Positions 50,959 through 60,789 of a stretch of DNA of 64,000 nucleotides are shown here, piece by piece (the first letter of the stretch is position 1; each line of letters begins with the position of its first letter). The DNA is from an uncultured Gemmatimonadales bacterium (GTDB taxonomy: Bacteria > Gemmatimonadota > Gemmatimonadetes > Longimicrobiales > RSA9): the NCBI GenBank assembly GCA_963783305.1, contig CAWAMW010000006.1, forward strand, positions 96,001 through 160,000, given 5' to 3'. A model generated the notes under the pieces. It ran no database searches. It saw only the letters and a program-made list of their open reading frames with translations, and had not been told where the DNA came from. The translations under genes were made by a program, and so were the position numbers.

Positions 50959-53900
50959 TTGTCGGTGGAGAAGCCGGGCCAGGCCGAGCGGGGAAAGCAC
51001 GTCGAAGCCGGGAGCCATCCACTCCCGTGTGAGGCGACGTACGGCCTCGAGCTCCTGGCAAATCTCGTCCACGAGTCGCCCGACGTGGTGGTGGTGCACG
51101 ACAGCCTCCAGATCCTGTATCTCAACCGCAAGGGCCTGGAGAGTATCGGGGCCGAGAGCCTCGACGACGTGGTGGGGCGGTCGGTCTGGGACTTCGTTTC
51201 CCGGGAGTATCACGCCATTCTGCAGGAGCGGGTCGCCGTCATGCTGGCGAGCGGCCGCGGAGTGCCGCCCTTCGAGCTTCCGCTCGTCCGGGCCGATGGC
51301 ACCGAGATCTGGGGCGAGATTTCGTCGGCGCCGGTCCGCTTCAAGGGGCATTCCGCCGTCCAGACCGTGGTCCGCGACGTCACTCGCCGGCGTGAGACGG
51401 AAGCGCAGCTCACCGCGAGCGAGGCCCGGTACCGCTCGTTGTTCCACGGGGTCCCGGTGGGGCTGTACCGTTCGACACTCGATGGACGGCTGCTGGACGC
51501 CAACGACGCCCTCGTGCACCTCCTCGGGTACGAGGACCGTGACCAGCTCATGAGGGCCGGAACGATCGGCCTCTACCTGGACCCGGCCGAGCGGGAGCGG
51601 TGGGTGGGGCGTGCGTTGGCCGCCCCTGAATCGAGCGAGAGCGAGGTACGCCTGCAGCGTCGTGACGGCTCCGAGGTGCTGGTCCGCCTTCACAGCCGGG
51701 TCAAGTACGGCCCCACAGGGGAAGTGGATGCGTTCGAAGGGTCTGTGGAGGATGTGACCCGCACTCGCCGGGCGGAAGCGCGCTACCGGCTGCTCTTCGA
51801 GACCATGGCGCAGGGCGTGATCTACCATGACGCCCGTGGGCGCCTCCTGTCGGCGAACCCGGCGGCGGAGCGGATCCTGGGGGTCTCCGCGCGGGCGTTG
51901 ATCGAAGGGTCGGCGAGTCTCGACGATCTCACGTTCCAGAGCACCGACGGCAGTCCGTGCCCGGCATCGGAGCTGCCGCCTGCCGTGGCGCTGCGCGACG
52001 GCCGTTCGATGCGGGCGCTTCTCGGGTTCCGGAGGAAACCCGACGACGTGCTGCGCTGGATCGAGATCGAGTCGATCCCGCTCTTCCACCCGGGTGCGGA
52101 TCGTCCGTACCAGGTCTTCTGCACGCTGGCGGATGCGACGGAGCGGCGAGAGAAGGAGGAGGCGCTGCGTCTGAGTGAGCAGCGATTCGACCGGGCGATG
52201 GAGGGATCAGGCCTCGGCCTCTGGGACTGGGACCTGACGACGGGTGAGATCTATGTGGACGATCGCTGGTATGCGATGCTGGGATACGGTCCGCAGGAGT
52301 TCCCACTCCACATTGAGAGATGGAGGGAGCTGGTGCACCCGGAGGACCGGGAGCGGGTGGAGCGGGAGCTGGATCGGCACCTGGAAGGACACGTCGCCGC
52401 GTACGAGACCGAGCTGCGCCTGCGTACCGCCACCGGCGGCTGGCACTGGGTCCTGGACCGTGGCCAGGTCGTGGAGAGGGCGCAGGACGGAACGCCGCTC
52501 CGAGCGGCCGGAACCCATACCGATATCGCGGCCCGGAAAACGGCGGAGGATGCCCGTCGTCGCTCGGATGAGCGCCTCGAGAGCATCTTCCGCGCCGCCC
52601 CTCTCGGCATCACCCTGAGCCGGATCTCCGATGGCACAATCATAGAGGTGAACGACACATTCGCCAGAATGCTGGGATTCGCCCGGGAGGAGATGCTCGG
52701 CCGCACCTCCATCGACCTGGGGGTCTGGGCGGATGTGAGCGATCGTACGCGAATGGCGAAAGAGCTGGAGAGCGAGGGGCGCCTGCGCGGGTTTGCCGCT
52801 CAGTTCAGGACCCGGGACGGGCGGACCCGGCAGCTTCAGCTGTTCATGGAAGAGATCACGGTCGAGGACGAGCCGTGCGCGCTCGTGCTGCATCAGGACG
52901 TGACGGATTCGCGGCAGCTGGAGGAGCAGCTGCGTCAGTCGCAGAAGATGGAGGCGGTGGGGCGGCTTGCCGGCGGGATCGCGCACGACTTCAACAACCT
53001 GCTCACCGTCATGACCGGGCACGTGCAATTCCTGCTGGACGCGCTGCCGGAGTCGGACGAGCGCAGAGCCGACGCGGCGGCGATCGGCGAAAGTGCCGAG
53101 CGGGCGGAGCGCCTCACGCGGCAGCTGCTGGCCTTCAGCCGACAGCAGGTGATGGCTCCGCAGGTGGTGGACCTCCGGCATATGGTCAGCCGGTTCGAGC
53201 CCCTCTTGAAGCGCCTGATCGGCGAGGACGTCCTCCTGGACGTGCGGAGCATGGAGGAGCCCTGCCCGGTGCGGGTGGACCTGAGCCAGCTCGAGCAGGT
53301 CGTTCTGAACCTGGCGGTGAATGCCCGCGACGCCATGCCGAATGGAGGAGAGCTGCGCATCGAGACGTCGCGTGTCGAAGTCATCGGCGGACGGGCGCCG
53401 GGCATCGGGGAGGCGGTGCCCGATGGGCGCTACGCGTGCCTGCGGGTGAAAGACACGGGGATCGGGATGAGCGCCCCGACGAGGGAGCGGGTCTTCGAGC
53501 CGTTCTACACCACGAAGCCGGCGGGGAAGGGGACGGGGCTCGGGCTCAGCACGGTGCACGGCATCGTGAACCAGAGCGATGGTTTCATCGGCGTGGAGAG
53601 CCAGCCGGGGGACGGAGCCTGCTTCACGCTCTACCTACCGCTGGTGGAGCCGGAGCCCTCCAGAAACGTGCAGGCGGACACCCAGACCGCGGCGCGTGGA
53701 GCGGTCGGGGGAACGGAGACGATCCTGCTGGTGGAGGATGAGGACGCCGTTCGTGCGCTCGCGCACCGCGTCCTCGAGCGGGGCGGCTACACCGTTTACG
53801 AGGCACCCAATGGGGCGGCCGCGCTGAAGCTGGCGGAGGAGCTCGGCTCGGTGGACCTGCTCCTGACCGACGTGGTCATGCCGGGGATGGGCGGCCGCGA

Positions 53901-54072
53901 GCTGGCCGATCGGCTGCGCGAGCGATGCCCGGATGTCGAAGTCGTCTTCATGAGCGGGTACACCTCGGATGAGGTGATCCGACACGCGGAGCATCGCGGC
54001 GGTGGCTTCCTCCAGAAGCCGTTCACTCCCGGCCAGCTCGCCGCCATGGCGCGAGAAGTGCTCGATCGCTGA
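50959..54072 (+). CDS. hybrid multi-PAS histidine kinase with receiver domain
   Basis: About five PAS/PAC; QKMEAVGRLAGGIAHDFNNLL; NARDAM; GTGLGL; REC (LLVEDE, LLTDVVMP, QKPF). Exact start uncertain. Confidence 0.92.
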   Translation: MSVEKPGQAERGKHVEAGSHPLPCEATYGLELLANLVHESPDVVVVHDSLQILYLNRKGLESIGAESLDDVVGRSVWDFVSREYHAILQERVAVMLASGRGVPPFELPLVRADGTEIWGEISSAPVRFKGHSAVQTVVRDVTRRRETEAQLTASEARYRSLFHGVPVGLYRSTLDGRLLDANDALVHLLGYEDRDQLMRAGTIGLYLDPAERERWVGRALAAPESSESEVRLQRRDGSEVLVRLHSRVKYGPTGEVDAFEGSVEDVTRTRRAEARYRLLFETMAQGVIYHDARGRLLSANPAAERILGVSARALIEGSASLDDLTFQSTDGSPCPASELPPAVALRDGRSMRALLGFRRKPDDVLRWIEIESIPLFHPGADRPYQVFCTLADATERREKEEALRLSEQRFDRAMEGSGLGLWDWDLTTGEIYVDDRWYAMLGYGPQEFPLHIERWRELVHPEDRERVERELDRHLEGHVAAYETELRLRTATGGWHWVLDRGQVVERAQDGTPLRAAGTHTDIAARKTAEDARRRSDERLESIFRAAPLGITLSRISDGTIIEVNDTFARMLGFAREEMLGRTSIDLGVWADVSDRTRMAKELESEGRLRGFAAQFRTRDGRTRQLQLFMEEITVEDEPCALVLHQDVTDSRQLEEQLRQSQKMEAVGRLAGGIAHDFNNLLTVMTGHVQFLLDALPESDERRADAAAIGESAERAERLTRQLLAFSRQQVMAPQVVDLRHMVSRFEPLLKRLIGEDVLLDVRSMEEPCPVRVDLSQLEQVVLNLAVNARDAMPNGGELRIETSRVEVIGGRAPGIGEAVPDGRYACLRVKDTGIGMSAPTRERVFEPFYTTKPAGKGTGLGLSTVHGIVNQSDGFIGVESQPGDGACFTLYLPLVEPEPSRNVQADTQTAARGAVGGTETILLVEDEDAVRALAHRVLERGGYTVYEAPNGAAALKLAEELGSVDLLLTDVVMPGMGGRELADRLRERCPDVEVVFMSGYTSDEVIRHAEHRGGGFLQKPFTPGQLAAMAREVLDR

Positions 54073-54210
54073 GCCGTCCCGGCCCCTCTCCGGAGGACAT
54101 TGCAGCCGATGCGGCGGGGGTGCGGCGGTTGCGGCGGCATCGTGCTTGCCGGGATCTTTGTGTCGCCGGAGCGAGACGCGATCCAACCAAGATCAGGAGC
54201 GACGCACGTC

Positions 54211-54576
54211 ATGACACGCGAGAACACGACAATCGGAGAATCGGAGCGCTGGCTCTCGGTCCTTCTCGGCGGGATGCTGGGACTGTCGAGCCTCCGGCGC
54301 CGCGACCTCGGTGCGGGGGCGCTCTTCGCCCTGACCGGCGGCGCCCTGATCGTCCGGGGGATCACCGGCCGGGGGAGCGTCTTCTCCACCGTGCAGGACA
54401 CTCTCCGGAGCGGTCTGGGCACCGACTCTTCTCCTTCCGCGGCCACGGACGAGGTCGAAGAGGCCTCCATGGAGTCGTTCCCCGCCAGCGACCCGCCCTC
54501 CTGGACGCCCACGGAGGGCGCGGAGGTGGAGGAGAGTATGGGCCGGGAGCCAGGTGAAGATCGGAGCGGGGACTGA
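54211..54576 (+). CDS. small DUF2892/YgaP-like membrane protein with acidic tail
   Basis: IGESERWLS, two TM, RGITG; tail DEVEEASMESFPASDPPSW; AGGAG RBS. Confidence 0.72.
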   Translation: MTRENTTIGESERWLSVLLGGMLGLSSLRRRDLGAGALFALTGGALIVRGITGRGSVFSTVQDTLRSGLGTDSSPSAATDEVEEASMESFPASDPPSWTPTEGAEVEESMGREPGEDRSGD

Positions 54577-54584
54577 ACGCCGGA

Positions 54585-55535
54585 ATGACGACCGGGGTGG
54601 GACCCGCGCTGGGGGAGCTGGAGCGTCGGCTCGGCGCCGAGCGGCTCGAGCACCATGTGCCCCTCGCCCCCATGACCACGTTCAACATTGGTGGGCCGGC
54701 CGACCTCCTGTACCGCGCGCGAACCCCGGACGAGCTGGCGGAGGCGGTGCAGGCGGCGCGTGACACGGGGATCGAGCACTTCCTCCTGGGCTCGGGCGCG
54801 AACATCCTCATCGGGGATGGTGGATTCCGCGGGCTGGTGATCCGGAGCGAGGTGGGCGGGATCGACTTCGGCGCGGACGGGCGCGTGACGGCGGGGAGCG
54901 GTGTCATGGTCTACCACGACCTGATCGAGGCGTGCGCGGAGCGGGAGCTGGGGGGACTCCACCATTTCGTGGGGATCCCGAGCACCGTGGGCGGCGCCAT
55001 CTGGCAGAACCTCCATTTCCTGAGTCCGCCCCCGGAGCGCGAGCGCACGGTGTTCGTGGAGGAGGTAGTGGAGAGCTGCGATATTCTGACGGAGGAGGGT
55101 GAGCGGCGGACGGTCGGCGTCGACTACCTGGACTTCGGCTACGATTACAGTATCCTGCACGAGCGCGACGACATCGTCCTGAGCGTTACATTCCGGCTCA
55201 CGCCCACCCCCCGCGAGGAGATCCGGCGCGTCGTTGCCGAGAACCTCCGCTGGCGCGATGATCGGCACCCCGACCTCTGGCTCTACCCATCCGCGGGGTC
55301 GATCTTCAAGAAGATCGAGGGAGTGGGGGCGGGACGTCTCATCGACGAGTGCGGGTTGAAGGGCCACATCCACGGAGACGCCCAGATCTTCCACCGCCAC
55401 GCGAACATCATCGTCAATCTCGGTGGCGCCAAGGCCCGGCAGGTGCGCGAGCTCATTGACCTGGCGCAGTCCACCGTGGCTCGCGAGCTCGGCCACGAGC
55501 TGGAGCCGGAGATTGGGTTCATAGGCGAATTCTGA
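54585..55535 (+). CDS. murB: UDP-N-acetylmuramate dehydrogenase
   Basis: TTFNIGGPA, LGSGANIL..D.G, GIPSTVGGA, PSAGSIFK, HANIIVN.G, LEPE. Confidence 0.92.
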   Translation: MTTGVGPALGELERRLGAERLEHHVPLAPMTTFNIGGPADLLYRARTPDELAEAVQAARDTGIEHFLLGSGANILIGDGGFRGLVIRSEVGGIDFGADGRVTAGSGVMVYHDLIEACAERELGGLHHFVGIPSTVGGAIWQNLHFLSPPPERERTVFVEEVVESCDILTEEGERRTVGVDYLDFGYDYSILHERDDIVLSVTFRLTPTPREEIRRVVAENLRWRDDRHPDLWLYPSAGSIFKKIEGVGAGRLIDECGLKGHIHGDAQIFHRHANIIVNLGGAKARQVRELIDLAQSTVARELGHELEPEIGFIGEF

Positions 55536-55536
55536 C

Positions 55537-56880
55537 TTGAGAATACTCATCATCGGCGCCGGCGCCGTGGGGTTCCACCTGGCCCGTCGGCTATCGGAGG
55601 AGCATCAGGACGTCGTCGTCATCGAGGCCGACGCCGAGCGGGCTCAGATGGTCGAGGAGCACCTCGATGTCCTGACGATCGTCGGGAACGGCGCATCCCT
55701 GCCGGTTCTGGAGCGGGCGGGGATCCAGGACACGGACCTCATGCTGGCGGTGACGAGCAAGGATGAGGTAAACCTGGTCAGCTGCCTGGCCGCGTCGCGC
55801 CTCGGCGTCAAGTTCAAGGTGGCCAGGGTGAGCGATCCCGAATACTACCGGAGCGGGAGCGTGCTGTCCCAGGAGCAGCTCGGGATCGATCTCATGATCA
55901 ACCCGGAGCGCGAATGCGCCTGGGAGACCTTCCAGCTGCTCAACAGCGAGGCCGCCACCGACCTGGCGCAGTTCGCGGACGGTCGCCTCGAGCTCGTAGG
56001 CCTCCGCGTCCGGAGCGGTGCGCCGGTGGCGGGGCGCACGATCCGGGAGCTGGACCAGGAGATGGGCGATCGTCCGTTCGTCACGGTGGCCGTGGTGCGG
56101 GACCGGGTGACCGAGGTGGCGCGGGGGGACACGCGGATCGAGGTGGACGATCAGATCTTCATCATGGCGCCCTCGGCCGAGATGCCGTTCATCCCGGCCA
56201 TGGCCGGATACAAGCACTTCAAGCTGCGGCGCGTCATGATTGCCGGTGGGAGCGATGAGGCGCTGTTCCTGGCGCAGCGGCTGGCCGAGCACGACGTCGA
56301 CTGCACCATCCTCGACATCGACAAGGAACGGTGTCTGGAACTGGCGGAGCAGCTCCCGAAAGCGCTCATCCTGCATGCGGATGCCACGGACATGGAGCTC
56401 CTGGAGATGGAGGGCATCGAGGGCGTGGACGGCTTCGTCGCGTTTACCCCACGCGACGAGACGAACATGCTGGCGAGCCTGCTCGCCAAGACCCAGGGCG
56501 CACGCAAGGTCATCAGCCTGATCCACCGCTTCGACTATGTCCCGCTGGTCAGCCGGGTGGGGATCGACGCGGCCGTCTCTCCGCGCCTGTCCACGGTCAA
56601 TGCCATCCTCCGGTACGTGCGGCGTGGGAACGTGGCCACCGTGGCGACGCTCACCGGGATCGACGCCGAGGCCATCGAGTACGATGTGACCAGCACGGCC
56701 CGTGTGGCGGGCCGCGCGCTCAAGGACATCCACTTTCCGCACACCTCCGTGGTGGGGGCGATCTTGCGGGGCGAGAACGTCATCGTGCCCCGGGGCGGCG
56801 ATACGATCATGGCCGGGGACCGGGTCGTGATGTTCGCGCTGCCCGAAGCCATCGCGGAGATCGAGCGGCTCTTCGCGTGA
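55537..56880 (+). CDS. trkA: Trk potassium uptake NAD-binding subunit
   Basis: Two RCK domains; IIGAGAVG; TTG start. Confidence 0.93.
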   Translation: MRILIIGAGAVGFHLARRLSEEHQDVVVIEADAERAQMVEEHLDVLTIVGNGASLPVLERAGIQDTDLMLAVTSKDEVNLVSCLAASRLGVKFKVARVSDPEYYRSGSVLSQEQLGIDLMINPERECAWETFQLLNSEAATDLAQFADGRLELVGLRVRSGAPVAGRTIRELDQEMGDRPFVTVAVVRDRVTEVARGDTRIEVDDQIFIMAPSAEMPFIPAMAGYKHFKLRRVMIAGGSDEALFLAQRLAEHDVDCTILDIDKERCLELAEQLPKALILHADATDMELLEMEGIEGVDGFVAFTPRDETNMLASLLAKTQGARKVISLIHRFDYVPLVSRVGIDAAVSPRLSTVNAILRYVRRGNVATVATLTGIDAEAIEYDVTSTARVAGRALKDIHFPHTSVVGAILRGENVIVPRGGDTIMAGDRVVMFALPEAIAEIERLFA

Positions 56881-56887
56881 GTCTGCC

Positions 56888-58351
56888 TTGAACCTGCAGC
56901 ACCTGGTCAAGGTGGTGAGCCTGGTGCTCATGGCCCTCGCTACGGCCATGGCCATCACCGCGGCTATCGCCCTGATGTACGGCGAGGGCGATTTCATCGC
57001 CTTCCTCGTGGCCGCCGCCGCCACCATGGCCGTAGGATTCGTCGGGTTTCGGAGCACCAAGATCGGGCGCGACCTCAGCGTGCGGGAGGGCTACGCCGTG
57101 GTGGCCTTCGCATGGCTCGCCATCGGTATCGCGGGAGCCGTCCCGTTTCTGCTGACCGGCACCATCGAGTCGCCGATGGCCGCGCTGTTCGAGTCGGTCT
57201 CAGGCTTCACCACCACCGGCGCCACCGTCTTTTCGGAGATCGAATCGCTCCCCCACGGGATCCTGTTCTGGCGCTCCTTCACCCAATGGATCGGAGGCAT
57301 GGGCATCATTGTCCTCGGCATCGCGATCCTGCCGTTCCTGGGCGTGGGCGGGATGCAGCTCTTTCGGGCGGAGGTGCCCGGCCCTACCCCCGAGCGACTC
57401 CAGCCGCGGATCGCGCAGACGGCCAAAATCCTGTGGTTCGTCTACGCAGGGATCACCCTCGCCCAGGTCCTTCTCTATCTGCTGGGAGGGCTATCGCTCT
57501 TTGACGCCGTTACGCACTCTTTCTCGACCCTCTCTACCGGCGGCTTCTCCCCGAGGAACGCCTCGATCGCCGCCTACGGCTCCGCCTACATAGACTATGT
57601 GACCACGCTCTTCATGTTTCTGGCGGCCGTGAACTTCGCGCTCCACTACCGCGCCTTCACCTCCCGCGGAACCGTGTATCTCAAGGATGCCGAGCTCCGA
57701 TTTTTCGCCGGGTTCCTCCTCCTCGTAACCGCGATCGTCACCGTCCTCGTCCTGTTCTCCGGGACGGCCGGTGGGGCGGGGCTGGAGCGCGTCTTCCGGG
57801 ATTCCCTCTTCCAGGTCGTGTCCATCGGCACCACGACCGGGTTCGTCACCGCCGATTACGAGCTCTGGCCCCTCGCCGCACAGATCCTTCTCGTCGGGCT
57901 CATGTTCGTCGGGGGGATGAGCGGCTCCACGGCCGGCGGCGTCAAGGCCGTGCGGCTCCACGTCCTCCTCCGCTCCAGCATCGCCGAGCTGAAGCGGAGC
58001 CTCCACCCACGGGCGGTGGTGGTCACGCGCGTCGGTGACCGGGTCATCAAGGAGGATGCGCGGCTGAACGTCCTGGCCTTCCTCCTCCTTTTCGTCGTGC
58101 TCTACGCCTTCGGGGTTCTCGCCCTCGCGCTCCTGGATCATGACCTCGCCACGGCCGTCGGGGCCGCCGCCGCGGCCATCGGCAACATCGGTCCCGGAAT
58201 CGGCGATGTGGGGGCACTGGACCACTACGGCTGGATGGGACCCTCATCCCACTTCGTGCTCATCTTCCTCATGCTGGTGGGACGCCTGGAAATCTTCACG
58301 ATCCTCCTCCTCTTCCATCCCGACCTCTGGCGCGGGGCCCGCTGGCACTGA
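56888..58351 (+). CDS. trkH: Trk potassium uptake membrane subunit
   Basis: SGFTTTG, QWIGGMG, STGGF, TTTG, GNIGPG, GRLEI. Confidence 0.94.
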   Translation: MNLQHLVKVVSLVLMALATAMAITAAIALMYGEGDFIAFLVAAAATMAVGFVGFRSTKIGRDLSVREGYAVVAFAWLAIGIAGAVPFLLTGTIESPMAALFESVSGFTTTGATVFSEIESLPHGILFWRSFTQWIGGMGIIVLGIAILPFLGVGGMQLFRAEVPGPTPERLQPRIAQTAKILWFVYAGITLAQVLLYLLGGLSLFDAVTHSFSTLSTGGFSPRNASIAAYGSAYIDYVTTLFMFLAAVNFALHYRAFTSRGTVYLKDAELRFFAGFLLLVTAIVTVLVLFSGTAGGAGLERVFRDSLFQVVSIGTTTGFVTADYELWPLAAQILLVGLMFVGGMSGSTAGGVKAVRLHVLLRSSIAELKRSLHPRAVVVTRVGDRVIKEDARLNVLAFLLLFVVLYAFGVLALALLDHDLATAVGAAAAAIGNIGPGIGDVGALDHYGWMGPSSHFVLIFLMLVGRLEIFTILLLFHPDLWRGARWH

Positions 58352-58479
58352 GCGCTCGTTTTCCCCGGTGGCGAAACGCCCGACATTCGTGGACCGGTCC
58401 TTGCACCTAAACAGTTGTGATGGAGGGATTTAAACCCTCCGGGCAACACCGGATTCCGTACAGGGTGGAGGGCAGTTCA

Positions 58480-59469
58480 ATGGATAGACGAAAGAAGGAG
58501 ACAATCGCGGTCGGGCTTGCCGCATCGACCCTCGCGCTTCTCGGCGCGGGGATCGCCAGCGACAGCGAGGGCGCCGCGAAGGACATGGGCATCGACGTCG
58601 ATCGCACGCGCGACACGAAAGAGCCCGTGGACCTCTACGCCGATCTTCTGCCGACGGAGTGGGACCTGCCATCGGAGCGGAACGAGCGAGTGGACTTCTT
58701 CATCGACTTCCTGAAGGGTGACCGCTACGACGATTTCAAGGACTGGCTCGAGCGGGTGGGGAAGTACGGTCCGATGATCCGGGCGGAGCTGGCAGCGCGT
58801 GACATGCCGCAGGACCTGCTGTACCTGGCGATCATCGAGAGCGGTCTCGACCCGAATGCCTACTCCGCGGCGGACGCGGCGGGGATCTGGCAGTTCATCG
58901 AGCCCACGGGCGAGCGGTACGGGCTGGAGGTCTCGGAGTATGTGGACGAGCGGCGGGACCCGGTGAAGGCGACGGGCGCGGCGCTGACCTACCTGCAGGA
59001 GCTCCACGACCGGTTCGACAGCTGGTTCCTCGCCGCGGCGAGCTACAACACGGGTGAGAACCGCGTGGGTCGGATCATGACCGAGGTGACGGGCAGTGAG
59101 CGCGGAGCCGACGAGAGCTACTGGGACATCAGCGACCGGCTCCCGCGGGAGACGCGGGACTACGTGCCGCTGATGGTGGCGGCGGGTCACATCGCCAAGG
59201 ACCCGGGGGCCCACGGGTTCCCGGAGCTCAACTTCCAGGAGCCGCTGGCGTTTGCGCTGGTGGACGTCCCGGCCGGTACGTCGCTGGCCGACGTGGCGCA
59301 GGCGGCCGGTGTGTCGGTGGCGGACGTCGTGGAGCTGAACCCGCACCTGGTGCGGAAGCAGACGCCGCCGGACCGCGACTGGCAGGTCCGGGTTCCGGAG
59401 GGCTCGGAGCGCACGTTCGCGGCGAACTTCGACGCCGGCGCGGGGTCCACCCAGCAACTCGCAGAGTAG
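58480..59469 (+). CDS. MltD-like lytic transglycosylase with C-terminal LysM
   Basis: YLAIIESG, AAGIWQFI, DERRDP, ASYNTG, ETRDYVP, ELNPHL. Confidence 0.9.
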   Translation: MDRRKKETIAVGLAASTLALLGAGIASDSEGAAKDMGIDVDRTRDTKEPVDLYADLLPTEWDLPSERNERVDFFIDFLKGDRYDDFKDWLERVGKYGPMIRAELAARDMPQDLLYLAIIESGLDPNAYSAADAAGIWQFIEPTGERYGLEVSEYVDERRDPVKATGAALTYLQELHDRFDSWFLAAASYNTGENRVGRIMTEVTGSERGADESYWDISDRLPRETRDYVPLMVAAGHIAKDPGAHGFPELNFQEPLAFALVDVPAGTSLADVAQAAGVSVADVVELNPHLVRKQTPPDRDWQVRVPEGSERTFAANFDAGAGSTQQLAE

Positions 59470-59664
59470 CCCGCGTCAGGGTTGCATCGGGCCGCGCAGC
59501 GCCACTACTTTGCGGCGCCGTCGCGGCTCGACCCCATCCTCGGATCGGGGCTGGCATCCACCCGCTGAGCGGGGGAGGTCGGCCCCGCCTCCGTATTCGG
59601 GGGCAGGTGGGGGGGCGGGTATCGAATCGTGCAGGGATGGGGAACCTCGGGGAGGAAGCGGTAC

Positions 59665-60786
59665 ATGGCTGGATCTGGACTGGAAGGGATCGTCGTCGCT
59701 CAGACGAAGCTGAGCAAGATCGACGGCGAGGCGGGCACGCTCGTGTATGGTGGCTACACCATCGAGGACCTGGCGGAGCACGCCACCTTCGAGGAGGTTT
59801 GTCACCTGCTGTGGTTGGGAGAGCTGCCCACCCAGTCGGAGCTGGACGATCTGCGCCGGGAGATCGCCCGCGAGTACGAGCTCCCGGATTCCGTGCTGGA
59901 GCTCGTCCGATCCGCCCCGAAGGATGCCCACCCGATGGCCGTGCTCCGCACGGCCGTTTCCGCGTTGGGGCTGGCAGACCCGGAGGCGGAGGACATGTCG
60001 CGGGAGTCGAACCTGCGAAAGTCGATCCGGCTCGTGGCCCGGCTGCCCGTGATCACGGCGGCCACGGCGCGGGTGCGGGAAGGCAAGGACCCGGTGGCGC
60101 CGCGCAGCGATCTGGGGATCGGCGCCAACCTCCTGTACATGCTGAACGGTGAGGAGCCGACGGAGCACGAGGCGCGGACCATGGACGTGGCGCTCACCCT
60201 TCACGCCGAGCACGGTCTGAACGCCTCCACCTTTTCGGCCCGCGTGACGGTTGCCACGCTCGCGGACCTCTACTCGGCGGTGACCTCGGCCATTGGCACG
60301 CTCAAGGGGCCGCTCCACGGCGGTGCGAACGAGCGCGTGATGCAGATGCTCGAGGAGATCGGTGATACCGATAACGCCGACGCGTGGGTCCGCGGTGCGC
60401 TGGAGAGAAAGGGCAAGATCATGGGCTTTGGGCACCGTGTCTATCGTGCCATAGATCCGCGGGCTCCGATCCTCCGGCAACTGGGAGAAGAGCTCGGCAG
60501 CTCCAAGTGGTTCGACATCTCCGACCGCGTCCGCGAGGTCATGCGAGACGAGATGGACAAGCGCGACAAGCAGATTTACGCAAACGTCGACTTCTACAGC
60601 GCGTCCGTATACGACAAGCTGGGGGTGCCGACATCCCTTTTCACCAACATTTTCGCCTGCGCCCGGCTCTCCGGCTGGACGGCCCACATCCTGGAACAGC
60701 TCGACGACAACCGGCTGATCCGCCCCAAGGCGGAGTACACCGGCCCCGAGAGCCGTTCGATCCAACCCATCCAAGAACGCGGATAA
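59665..60786 (+). CDS. gltA: citrate synthase (type I, short)
   Basis: GLEGI, AEHGLNAST, GPLHGGAN, GFGHRVY, NVDFYS, RLIRP. Confidence 0.93.
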   Translation: MAGSGLEGIVVAQTKLSKIDGEAGTLVYGGYTIEDLAEHATFEEVCHLLWLGELPTQSELDDLRREIAREYELPDSVLELVRSAPKDAHPMAVLRTAVSALGLADPEAEDMSRESNLRKSIRLVARLPVITAATARVREGKDPVAPRSDLGIGANLLYMLNGEEPTEHEARTMDVALTLHAEHGLNASTFSARVTVATLADLYSAVTSAIGTLKGPLHGGANERVMQMLEEIGDTDNADAWVRGALERKGKIMGFGHRVYRAIDPRAPILRQLGEELGSSKWFDISDRVREVMRDEMDKRDKQIYANVDFYSASVYDKLGVPTSLFTNIFACARLSGWTAHILEQLDDNRLIRPKAEYTGPESRSIQPIQERG

Positions 60787-60789
60787 GCC

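Noticed and set aside
49919..54072. Intact prophage or integrative element at tRNA-Leu
   Set aside because: No integrase, phage genes or attR duplication in the window.
55537..56890. TTG starts of trkA/trkH linked to nearby tRNA-Leu(CAA) as a bldA-like control
   Set aside because: Start codons are read by initiator tRNA, so the proximity carries no mechanistic weight.
58360..58415. GGCGAAACGCC hairpin as a second c-di-GMP riboswitch
   Set aside because: Lacks the CGCAAAGC junction and P3 features seen at 281-361.
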